From: an uncultured Syntrophomonadaceae bacterium | GTDB lineage: Bacteria; Bacillota; Dethiobacteria; DTU022 | DNA length: 64,000 nt | Assembly (NCBI GenBank): GCA_964585925.1 | Contig: CAZPFS010000002.1 | Coordinates: forward strand, 30,590-94,589 | Direction of reading: 5' to 3' | Shown: positions 38,317 to 46,561 of the stretch, one piece after another | Numbering within the stretch: position 1 is the first letter of the stretch | How the letters are laid out: every line of letters starts with the position of its first letter | The notes under the pieces: generated by a model | Seen by the model: the letters and a program-made list of their open reading frames with translations, nothing else | Databases searched by the model: none | Told to the model about the DNA's origin: nothing | Made by a program: the position numbers and the translations under genes

Positions 38317-38416
38317 GGACGATGGTCTCCCGGTGGATCGCCCGCGAGCCGCACTCCGGGCAACGGTCAAGGTCCCGGACATTCGACTTTGGCAGGCAGC
38401 CCCCGCAACAGGTCAT
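38306..38416 (-). CDS. 36-codon zinc-ribbon-like small ORF overlapping the yidD start
   Basis: Translated by hand as [36 protein letters not shown]. Its TAG stop overlaps the yidD ATG in the +1 frame. It is below the ORF-track length cutoff, and its coding status is unproven. Confidence 0.25.
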   Translation of the reverse strand: MTCCGGCLPKSNVRDLDRCPECGSRAIHRETIVHEV

Positions 38417-38590
38417 GCTCTTCCCGGCGAAGGACTCCTTCCGGTTTTGCCAAAAATAGGAATATTTCCTAGCCACCTTTTTGCCACCATGCTTTTACCA
38501 TATTTTCACCACACTGCACCACCTTTTTGTCCCTTTTAATGGCTTCCTCATGCCATATTATGGTAATACAGGATTAACGGTAGAAAGTAA

Positions 38591-38620
38591 AAACCCCGCA
38601 ATCTCAATGATTACGGGGAA
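38591..38620 (-). terminator. rho-independent terminator after the tRNA cluster (minus strand)
   Basis: Minus-strand RNA CCCCGUAAUC-auuga-GAUUGCGGGG forms a 10-bp stem with one G-U pair, then UUUUUACUUUCU. Confidence 0.55.
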
Positions 38621-38625
38621 CATTC

Positions 38626-38701
38626 TGGTGAGCCATGAAGGACTCGAACCTTCGACACCCTGATTAAAAGTCAGGTGCTCTACCACCTGAGCTAATGGCC
38701 C
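38626..38701 (-). tRNA. tRNA-Lys (anticodon UUU)
   Basis: Reverse complement GGGCCATTAGCTCAGGTGGTAGAGCACCTGACTTTTAATCAGGGTGTCGAAGGTTCGAGTCCTTCATGGCTCACCA. 7-bp acceptor stem, anticodon loop CTTTTAA, CCA encoded. Confidence 0.85.
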
Positions 38702-38740
38702 ACTAATTATGTTACGGCCGACCAGACCGTTTTAATCAAA

Positions 38741-38826
38741 TGGTGGAGAGGACTGGATTCGAACCAGTGAAGGCAATGCCAGCAGATTTACAGTCTGCCC
38801 CCTTTGGCCAGCTTGGGTACCTCTCC
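38741..38826 (-). tRNA. tRNA-Tyr (anticodon GUA), long variable arm
   Basis: Reverse complement GGAGAGGTACCCAAGCTGGCCAAAGGGGGCAGACTGTAAATCTGC...TGGTTCGAATCCAGTCCTCTCCACCA. Anticodon loop CTGTAAA, CCA encoded. Confidence 0.85.
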
Positions 38827-38838
38827 ATAATATTTGCC

Positions 38839-38914
38839 TGGAGCCGACGACCAGAATTGAACTGGTAACCTGCTGATTACAAATCAGCTGCTCTGCCAAT
38901 TGAGCTACGTCGGC
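38839..38914 (-). tRNA. tRNA-Thr (anticodon UGU)
   Basis: Reverse complement GCCGACGTAGCTCAATTGGCAGAGCAGCTGATTTGTAATCAGCAGGTTACCAGTTCAATTCTGGTCGTCGGCTCCA. Anticodon loop TTTGTAA, CCA encoded. Confidence 0.85.
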
Positions 38915-38944
38915 CGAATAAAAAAACCCCGAAAGGCAATTAAT

Positions 38945-38973
38945 AGTATAGCGCATTTTTAAAACAGCGTCAA
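38945..38973 (-). promoter_or_regulatory. sigma-A promoter driving the tRNA-Thr/Tyr/Lys cluster
   Basis: Minus strand reads TTGACG, a 17-nt spacer, then TATACT. The -10 hexamer ends about 30 nt upstream of the tRNA-Thr 5' end. Confidence 0.55.
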
Positions 38974-39075
38974 CCGGCCTTTTTACACTAACTACAGATT
39001 TCATGTCGGCTCTTTTTCGGCAATATTAGCACAAGGTAAGAGTAAAACAAATATAATTTCATAGGGTAGGGATTA

Positions 39076-40059
39076 GTGATGTTTTCAACGTTTACAGCCA
39101 TTTTTGAAGCCCTTTCCTCGATCGAACAGGATCTTTCCGGCGAGATCACCGATTCCCAGAAGCGGGAGGTGATCGAAACATTGATCTCCCTAAGGAATAC
39201 CATGGACAAATGCGTCGAGTACTGGATTAAATTTGAAGAAAGGGTCAACCAAATTCAGGAGCGTTATTCGATTTCCTTACCGGACACTTTCCCCCCCAGT
39301 TTTTTGGATTTTGATCCTGAAGACAAAGCTCTCCCAGGCCGGCAGCCGGAAAACAGATCAGGGGAACATGAGGCCCGGGAGATTGATCCGAGCTGTGAGG
39401 AAAATGAATTTGAAAGCCTGACCGGGGAGGGCGCGATCACTTCATTTAGAAAAGCAATGGGATTTTGGGGCTTGTCCATGGTCGCGGAGGCCAGCAGGGA
39501 GTTCAAAAGCGTTACCTGCGAACAGCCCAATTTTATTTTGGGCCATTTCTGCCTGGGGATTTCCTGTGCCCAATTGGGGCAAACCGAGGAAGCGTTCAAG
39601 GAGCTTAAACTGGTGCTGGCTTTGGAGAAAAACCATTTTATCAAAGGGATGGCCTTAAACACACTGGGTGTGATCCTCGCGTCCAATGAACATTACAAAC
39701 AGGCCTTGCCCTATTTTGTCAAGGCATCGGAGGAGGAGCCCGGGCTTGTGGAGCCCTGGTTCAATCGGGGAGCAATTCATTACAATTTGCAACAATATCA
39801 AAAGGCGGTGGAGTATTTCAACCGGGTGCTGGCATTATCCGCCGGGGACTGGGAGGCGGAACTGCACCGGGGGAAGGCCTACGGGTACCTGGGAAAATAC
39901 GCCGAAGCGCTGCCGGCGCTGGAACGGGCCTACAGTATCAATCCCCGGGAACCGCTGATTACTTTTGAACTGGCATATCTGTACCGTATCCTGGGAAAAA
40001 AGAATCATGCCAGGCATTATGGATTGTTAACTCGCCGCCTTCTTAAATCAAAACCTTGA
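39076..40059 (+). CDS. TPR-repeat protein
   Basis: Multiple 34-residue repeats with W/LG/Y/A/F/A/P spacing in the C-terminal two thirds. 327 aa. Confidence 0.6.
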   Translation: MMFSTFTAIFEALSSIEQDLSGEITDSQKREVIETLISLRNTMDKCVEYWIKFEERVNQIQERYSISLPDTFPPSFLDFDPEDKALPGRQPENRSGEHEAREIDPSCEENEFESLTGEGAITSFRKAMGFWGLSMVAEASREFKSVTCEQPNFILGHFCLGISCAQLGQTEEAFKELKLVLALEKNHFIKGMALNTLGVILASNEHYKQALPYFVKASEEEPGLVEPWFNRGAIHYNLQQYQKAVEYFNRVLALSAGDWEAELHRGKAYGYLGKYAEALPALERAYSINPREPLITFELAYLYRILGKKNHARHYGLLTRRLLKSKP

Positions 40060-40135
40060 ATGCCTCGGAAGCATTGTTCTTTTAAACGGCAGGAGTTTCC
40101 AATCATTGGCCGAAAATAGTTTATAGGGCATTTTT

Positions 40136-40170
40136 GAAAGCAGCTCAAGGCTGCTTTCGTTGGTTTAATT
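40136..40170 (+). terminator. possible terminator after the TPR gene
   Basis: GAAAGCAGC-tcaag-GCTGCTTTC 9-bp stem, followed by a weak T-rich tract GTTGGTTTAATTTCC. Confidence 0.35.
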
Positions 40171-40200
40171 TCCTGCAATATGAGGTTAAGGAGGTTCCAG

Positions 40201-40992
40201 ATGGGACGGAGTAAAATAGCATTTATAGGCGGGACCGGGGTTTATGAGCAATCTCTAACTGAAAAGAGAGAGCTGAAGGTTGCCACCAGGTACGGAGAAG
40301 TGCTTCTGGAATCCGCGTGGAACAACGGACAGGAAATATTATTCTTAGCCCGCCATGGATCCCACCATGCGGTGCCTCCCCACCGGATCAACTACCGGGC
40401 TAACATTGCCGCCCTGAAAAAAGTGGGGGTGGAGGCGATCATTGCCACCGCGGCGGTGGGAAGTCTTAGGGAGTCAATTTCCCCGGGAAGCCGGGTGGTT
40501 ATTGATCAGTTTATAGATTTTACCAAATGTCGTCCCCTCACATTTTACGATGGAGAAGAGGGGGAGGTAGTACATACCGATTTTACCGAACCCTATTGCC
40601 CGGATCTGCGGGCGGCCATTATCAGGGCCGCCCGGCGTTTGGATCGGCCGCTGATAGAGGGGGGCTGTTACCTCTGCACGGAAGGGCCTCGGTTCGAGAC
40701 CCCCGCCGAAATAAAAGCATTCGCCTTGATGGGCGCCGATCTGGTGGGGATGACCAATGTTCCTGAGGTTATCCTGGCCCGTGAGGCAGGAATATGTTAC
40801 GCGGCTATCGCGCTGGTCACGAATTATGCTGCCGGCATCTCTACCCGCAAGCTGACCCACGCCGAAGTATTAGAGGTTATCTCCGCCGGAAAAAATGATC
40901 TGGATCTTCTGCTGATGGGTTGTCTGGACGAAATCCCTAAATTGCCATCATGCGATTGCCGCCTGAGCGGAAATCACTGGCCGGATGATTGA
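40201..40992 (+). CDS. mtnP: S-methyl-5'-thioadenosine phosphorylase (PNP/MTAP family)
   Basis: KIAFIGGTGVY start after an AAGGAGG RBS. PNP-family motifs GSHHAVPPHRINYRANI and LVGMTNVPE. About 264 aa. Confidence 0.8.
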   Translation: MGRSKIAFIGGTGVYEQSLTEKRELKVATRYGEVLLESAWNNGQEILFLARHGSHHAVPPHRINYRANIAALKKVGVEAIIATAAVGSLRESISPGSRVVIDQFIDFTKCRPLTFYDGEEGEVVHTDFTEPYCPDLRAAIIRAARRLDRPLIEGGCYLCTEGPRFETPAEIKAFALMGADLVGMTNVPEVILAREAGICYAAIALVTNYAAGISTRKLTHAEVLEVISAGKNDLDLLLMGCLDEIPKLPSCDCRLSGNHWPDD

Positions 40993-41081
40993 ATTTATTT
41001 TTAAGAAAGGATCGGGAACCGCCCCGATCATCTTGCTTCCGGTACAGTGGATCCCGATGAAATTGGAAGGGGTGTGATAAA

Positions 41082-42389
41082 ATGGGGAGCATCTTGATCA
41101 CCGACGCCGCCATGGTCACCATGGATGATCAGTATCCGGATTGTATTTGTGGCGATCTGCTGGTGGAGGGAGACACCATTTCGGCTGTTGCGAAACGTCC
41201 GCACTCCCTGGATCCCGAAAGGGCAGATCGGATAATTGAGGGTAGCAACCTGATAGTGATGCCGGGTTTGATCAACACTCACGGCCATGCGGCGATGACC
41301 CTGTTCAGGGGGTATGCGGATGATCTTCCCCTGATGAAATGGCTGCGGGAGAAAATCTGGCCGGCAGAAAAGCTTTTAACCGGCGATGATATTTACTGGG
41401 GAACCATGCTGGCCATCGCCGAAATGCTGAAAAGCGGCACCACTACTTTTACGGATATGTATTTTTTTATGGATCGGGCCGCGGAAGCAGTGGCGGAAAG
41501 CAAAATACGGGCGATGCTATCCAGGGGATTGGCCTCGGCGGGGCTGGCCGGGGGAAAGATGTTGAGGGAGGCCGAAGATTTCACAAACAACTGGCAGGGC
41601 AGGGAAAATGGACGGATAAATACTTCTCTTGGCCCCCACGCTCCCTATACCTGTACTGTCGGATTCTTGAAAAAAGTAATGGACATTGCTTCCCGCACAG
41701 GGCGGCCGCTTCAGATTCATCTGGCCGAAACCCAGGAGGAGGTGGCAAATTGCCGCCGTAAACATGGATGCACCCCGGTACAGCTTATGGAAAATATCGG
41801 TCTGTTCGGGTTCAGGGTTATCGCCGCTCACTGCGTTAACCTGAGCGGTACTGATATTTCCATTCTGGCGGAGCGCGGAGTGGGGGTGGCCCACAACCCC
41901 GGAAGCAACCTCAAGCTGGGCAGCGGTATGGCGCCCCTGAAAGAACTTCTGGCGGCGGGGGTCAAGGTAGGCCTGGGTACCGATGGCGCCGGGAGCAACA
42001 ACAATCTTAATATGTGGGAAGAAATTTCCCTGGCGGCGCTGCTCTCAAAAGGCGTGCACCGGGATCCCACATTAATACCGGCCGGGAAAGCCTTGGAATT
42101 GGCCACCAGCGGGGGGGCGGAGGTACTTGGACTACCCCGGTTGGGCAAACTAAAAGAGGGTTACAAGGCAGACCTCATCGGAATAAAAAAGAACTCCCCT
42201 CACCTTACTCCGATTTACAATCCCAGGGACCACCTGGTGTATACCGCCGCCGCTGCCGATGTTTCGCTGGTACTGGTAGACGGGCGGATCCTGGTCGATA
42301 AAGGGGAATTGACGGAGCTTGACGAGGAGCGGATCATGTTTGAAACCTCAAAAAGGGCTTACCGGTTGGTGGGGAAAGAATATAATTAG
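41082..42389 (+). CDS. mtaD: 5'-methylthioadenosine/S-adenosylhomocysteine deaminase (amidohydrolase)
   Basis: LINTHGHAAMTLFRGYADDLPLMKWL metal-binding HxH motif. Amidohydrolase fold. 435 aa. Confidence 0.8.
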   Translation: MGSILITDAAMVTMDDQYPDCICGDLLVEGDTISAVAKRPHSLDPERADRIIEGSNLIVMPGLINTHGHAAMTLFRGYADDLPLMKWLREKIWPAEKLLTGDDIYWGTMLAIAEMLKSGTTTFTDMYFFMDRAAEAVAESKIRAMLSRGLASAGLAGGKMLREAEDFTNNWQGRENGRINTSLGPHAPYTCTVGFLKKVMDIASRTGRPLQIHLAETQEEVANCRRKHGCTPVQLMENIGLFGFRVIAAHCVNLSGTDISILAERGVGVAHNPGSNLKLGSGMAPLKELLAAGVKVGLGTDGAGSNNNLNMWEEISLAALLSKGVHRDPTLIPAGKALELATSGGAEVLGLPRLGKLKEGYKADLIGIKKNSPHLTPIYNPRDHLVYTAAAADVSLVLVDGRILVDKGELTELDEERIMFETSKRAYRLVGKEYN

Positions 42390-42428
42390 AAAGAGATCAG
42401 ATTCAGCTCGGGGCCTGGAGGTCATTAG

Positions 42429-43211
42429 ATGACTGGAACGATTTTGATCACCAATGATGACGGTATCTATGCGGAAGGTATTCAGTCGCTTTGCCAGGCG
42501 CTGTTACCGGTAATTGAAGATCACGGCTTCGAAATGCTGGTAGTGGCTCCAAACCATGAACAGAGCGCGGTGGGGCATGCCATAACCATGCACCGTCCGT
42601 TGAGAGCGGAAAAGGTGCGGTTTTTGTATAACCCCCGACTGGAAGGATGGTCCGTTAACGGAACTCCTTCGGATTGTGTCAAGCTGGCGTCAGAGGCGAT
42701 CCTTAATGTTAAACCCCGCCTGGTAATCTCGGGGATCAATCACGGTTCTAACCTGGGCACCGATGTCCTGTATTCCGGCACGGTATCGGCGGCCGTGGAG
42801 GGTACAATTCTCGGAATTCCCGCCCTGGCGGTATCTTTGACCAAAGATGACGATTTTTCATATGCCGCGAATTTTATAGCAAATTTCTTCCCCTGCATTA
42901 TGCAAAAAGGTTTGCCGGCGGGCACTCTGCTCAATATCAATATTCCGGGGGCCGACAACAGCCCGATTAAAGGTGTTAAGGCTACAATTCTTGGCCAGAG
43001 AAGATACCGCAATGCTTTCGAGCGCCGGACCGATCCCAGGGGAAGGGTTTATTACTGGCTGGCCGGAGAGTTGGTGGAGGAAAAAAGGGAAGAAGGAACC
43101 GATGTGCAGGCAATCAGGGATGGCTATGTTTCCATAACCCCGGTTTGTTTCAATCTGACCAATGAGGAATTTTTGCAGCCGCTGGAAGATATTTTGCACC
43201 ACCTGCCTTAA
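42429..43211 (+). CDS. surE: 5'/3'-nucleotidase SurE
   Basis: ILITNDDGIYAEGI N-terminus and a SurE core. 260 aa. Confidence 0.9.
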   Translation: MTGTILITNDDGIYAEGIQSLCQALLPVIEDHGFEMLVVAPNHEQSAVGHAITMHRPLRAEKVRFLYNPRLEGWSVNGTPSDCVKLASEAILNVKPRLVISGINHGSNLGTDVLYSGTVSAAVEGTILGIPALAVSLTKDDDFSYAANFIANFFPCIMQKGLPAGTLLNINIPGADNSPIKGVKATILGQRRYRNAFERRTDPRGRVYYWLAGELVEEKREEGTDVQAIRDGYVSITPVCFNLTNEEFLQPLEDILHHLP

Positions 43212-43278
43212 ATCCACCAACACCCCTTTGCCGGGGATAAAAAAACACCCATAAATTTTGTGAGGAGGGGCAATCGCC

Positions 43279-44706
43279 ATGACCGTATTGCGCCCGGCAG
43301 GCCCAAACCGCTATCTTATTCCGCGTCAGGGTTCGATGAATGTAAATGCACTTGTTTATCTGAGTCCGGTACTGTACAACACTTTTTCAGAAACAGATTC
43401 GCTGCAACAGCTGATGAATGCCGCTTCACTGCCCGGAGTGATGGATCCGGTTATCGGAATGCCCGACATTCATCGCGGCTTTGGCCTGCCCATAGGGGGC
43501 GTAATGGCCATGGATGCCTCCCGGGGACTGGTGTCTGCAGGGGCGGTGGGGATGGATATTAATTGCGGAGTGAGGCTGCTCCGGACCAATATAGAAGCGG
43601 CTTCACTGGACAGGCCCCTGTTAAAAAAGCTCATGATCGCCATAGTGGAACGTGTTCCCACCGGAATCGGGAAAACCAGCAGGCATGCGGCTCTGATCAG
43701 GTCGCATTTCCAAAAATTTGTCTGTATGGGGGTGCCCCACATGCTCGAGCTGGGCCTCGGACGTCCAGAAGATGTTACCTGTATTGAGGAGGGAGGGGCG
43801 TTCGAAGGTGCCGATCTGGCCGCGGTCAGCCGGAAAGCTATAGAACGGGGGGAGCAGCTCTCCACCACCGGCGGGGGCAACCATTTCATTGAACTGGGAT
43901 TTGTGGCAAAAGTATTTGACCGGCAGGCCGCCGCGCGGATGGGTTTGGAAGAAGGCACCCTTTCAGTGCTTATCCATACCGGCAGCAGGGGTTTCGGACA
44001 CCAGATTTGTACAGATTATTCGTCCGAAATGCTCAAAACAGCAGCCAGGTTGAAAATCAATATACCCGAAAAGGGGTTGGCGGCGGTACCTGTAAAATCC
44101 TCACAGGGTGAAAATTACCTGGCCGCCATGTCCTGTGCGGTGAATTTTGCTTTTTGCAATCGCCAGTGGATTACCGACGATGTGCGCAAGGCCTTTGCCG
44201 CGGTGTTGGGAGGAAAAGATAACACCTACGATCTGGGTCTGGTCTATGATGTGGCACATAATATTGCCAAATTCGAAACAATTAACGGCCAACGGGTGCT
44301 GATTCACCGCAAAGGCGCGGTAAGGGCTCTGCCGCCGGGCCATTGCGGAAATCCCCTGCCATACCGATCCACGGGGCATCCCATTTTGATCCCCGGAAGC
44401 ATGGGGACTTCTTCGTACGTCATGCTGGCCATGGACCAGGTGGCCGAGGCATTCTATTCGGTTAATCATGGCGCGGGAAGGGTTCTCTCACGCCGAAGTG
44501 CCCGCCGGGAAATAAGTCCGGAAAGGTTTAAAAATTCAATGGAGGGAATCCTGCTATCGGGAGGCAGTCACCGGGCATTCCTGGATGAGGCCCCTCAGGC
44601 GTACAAGGATATTGAAGCGGTGATCGACACATTGGTAGAGATTGGGTTTACCCGGAAAGTAGCCAGGTTGCAACCTTTGGCCGTAATAAAAGGAAACGAC
44701 AGGTGA
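43279..44706 (+). CDS. rtcB: RNA 3'-phosphate / RNA-splicing ligase RtcB
   Basis: GMPDIHRGFGLPIGGV, GGGNHFIE and HTGSRGFGHQI motifs. 475 aa. Confidence 0.9.
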   Translation: MTVLRPAGPNRYLIPRQGSMNVNALVYLSPVLYNTFSETDSLQQLMNAASLPGVMDPVIGMPDIHRGFGLPIGGVMAMDASRGLVSAGAVGMDINCGVRLLRTNIEAASLDRPLLKKLMIAIVERVPTGIGKTSRHAALIRSHFQKFVCMGVPHMLELGLGRPEDVTCIEEGGAFEGADLAAVSRKAIERGEQLSTTGGGNHFIELGFVAKVFDRQAAARMGLEEGTLSVLIHTGSRGFGHQICTDYSSEMLKTAARLKINIPEKGLAAVPVKSSQGENYLAAMSCAVNFAFCNRQWITDDVRKAFAAVLGGKDNTYDLGLVYDVAHNIAKFETINGQRVLIHRKGAVRALPPGHCGNPLPYRSTGHPILIPGSMGTSSYVMLAMDQVAEAFYSVNHGAGRVLSRRSARREISPERFKNSMEGILLSGGSHRAFLDEAPQAYKDIEAVIDTLVEIGFTRKVARLQPLAVIKGNDR

Positions 44707-44745
44707 TTTTCCCTCTACGCATACCCCACGTTCCACTGCATATAA

Positions 44746-45426
44746 ATGAGGCAGAACGACAGATCCGGGAGGACTCAGATGAGATTACAAACCAGGGTTC
44801 CGGAACAGCGGGCTCTGGCCTGTCTGATTGTTGCGGCGGTGTTATTTGCCGGGTTCATGATTTTCGGATCGCCTCGTGTGGAAACCGCATCTGAAATATT
44901 AATACATGCCCTGGAAAAACTGGAGGAGAAGGAAAAATACCCCCTGGTAATTGAAGAAAAAGCCACCAGTTACAGCCTGAAATTCGAGGGTGAAATTCAA
45001 AACTATACCGACCTAAAAGGTAAAATTAAAGATCACGGCTTGGAAATCAGCCGCCGAAAAGAGCTGCTTCTGGTCAAACCGGAGGCCGAAACAGACTGGC
45101 AGGCTGCGGAAGAACTGGGATTAAACAGTCTGAACAGTTTTCTGGCTCATCCGGCAGAGGTCCTTCATGCACTGCGGGAAAATTTTGCCGAATTTATGTT
45201 TGATCCGGGAATTGGGGGCCTTCAAAATATTTACTACGATACCTGTTCCGCCGACAAACATTTTGCCGATCAATTTTTTCCGGATATACCGGTGGCCTCG
45301 ATCGACAGATTGACCGTTTATATGACCCTGTCAGAACCGGAGCGGTTTCTAAAAGAGATCAAAATTGAACTAATTTTCCGGGGCAGTCCTGGCAGCAGTT
45401 TGACCCGTATATATATTGTCAATTGA
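44746..45426 (+). CDS. hypothetical membrane-anchored protein
   Basis: One N-terminal TM (LACLIVAAVLFAGFMIF), then a soluble domain of about 180 aa with no motif. The start may be the internal ATG at about 44779. Confidence 0.4.
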   Translation: MRQNDRSGRTQMRLQTRVPEQRALACLIVAAVLFAGFMIFGSPRVETASEILIHALEKLEEKEKYPLVIEEKATSYSLKFEGEIQNYTDLKGKIKDHGLEISRRKELLLVKPEAETDWQAAEELGLNSLNSFLAHPAEVLHALRENFAEFMFDPGIGGLQNIYYDTCSADKHFADQFFPDIPVASIDRLTVYMTLSEPERFLKEIKIELIFRGSPGSSLTRIYIVN

Positions 45427-45526
45427 ACCCTCCCATCTCCGGTTTGATCACCCATTTCACAAACTTCTTAAAAATTAATTGCCCCTGCAGACAAGTTATA
45501 TTATTATTAATTTGGCAGGATTTTCA

Positions 45527-46165
45527 ATGAAAGGGGAAATTGCCCAATTGAGCGTCAGGATCATAAACCATCCTTTGGTAGAGCATAAAATTACGCTGTT
45601 GAGAGACAGGCAAACCAAGCCCCGGCAATTCCGGGAGCTGTTGAAGGAGCTGTCGATTTTGATGGCCTGTGAGATCACCACGGATTTAACCCTTAATGAT
45701 CTGGTCGTGGAAACCCCTTTGGGAAGCTATTCAGGCAAAACCCTGGGTGAGGAAATAGTATTGCTTCCGGTGTTCAGAGCCGGCCTGGGAATGGTGGAGG
45801 GTTTTTTATCGGTCATCCCTACCGCCAGAGTGGGACATCTGGGGTTGTATCGAGATGAACAAACCTTCAACCCGGTGTTTTACTATTCCAAGCTTCCTGA
45901 TCTAAGCAATTCCCAGGTAATTGTACTTGATCCCATGCTGGCCACCGGCGGGACAGCCTCTTATTGCCTGGAAATGCTGAAAAGGAAAAAATGCAGCAAG
46001 GTCAAGCTGGCGTTTATTATTTCTTGTATGGAAGGGGTTAACAGGCTGAAGCACGAACATCCGGGTACAGTTATTTATACATGCGGCCTGGATCAGGTTC
46101 TGGATGAACATGCATACATAGTTCCCGGATTAGGTGATGCAGGGGATCGCCAGTTCAACACCTGA
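45527..46165 (+). CDS. upp: uracil phosphoribosyltransferase
   Basis: NHPLVEHKITLLRD...ILRAG..GHLGLYRDEQT...VLDPMLATGGTA...YIVPGLGDAGDR aligns with Upp throughout. Start at the internal ATG. Confidence 0.9.
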   Translation: MKGEIAQLSVRIINHPLVEHKITLLRDRQTKPRQFRELLKELSILMACEITTDLTLNDLVVETPLGSYSGKTLGEEIVLLPVFRAGLGMVEGFLSVIPTARVGHLGLYRDEQTFNPVFYYSKLPDLSNSQVIVLDPMLATGGTASYCLEMLKRKKCSKVKLAFIISCMEGVNRLKHEHPGTVIYTCGLDQVLDEHAYIVPGLGDAGDRQFNT

Positions 46166-46506
46166 CGGCACGCTTCCGGCCAGGCAGATCGGGAGCCAGT
46201 CATTCCCCAAAATCCTGATTCTATTGACATAAGACAAGTTCATAGTTTAAAATAAGTTTACGGTTTTGAATTTTGTCCTTTTATCAGTTGCCTTTTATCA
46301 GGTTGGCATATTTATAACAGCGGTTATCGGTTTGGATCGGTTTATAACTTAAAAGAGAAGGACCTGGCGCCTTATAGATTTGTGGGGCGCTATGGATAGA
46401 ATTGTAATTCATTTGCTGTCCTTGCAACACGCCTTTTTGTATTTGGTAACAATACATTTACAATAAAGGGGTTTACCAAAACGTAATCCTTCCTTTCTCT
46501 TTTAAG

Positions 46507-46531
46507 CTGTGCCTGAAACACAGTTTTTTTT
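46507..46531 (+). terminator. terminator-like hairpin in the rny leader
   Basis: CTGTG-cctgaaa-CACAG stem followed by eight T. It ends 30 nt before the rny TTG start. Confidence 0.4.
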
Positions 46532-46561
46532 GATCTATTCATAAAATCGGGAGGTGATCAT

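Noticed and set aside
31844-38930. Calling the region a prophage or ICE
   Set aside because: No integrase, recombinase, terminase, capsid or conjugation genes are present, and no att repeats were visible by eye. It is reported only as an island-like mosaic.
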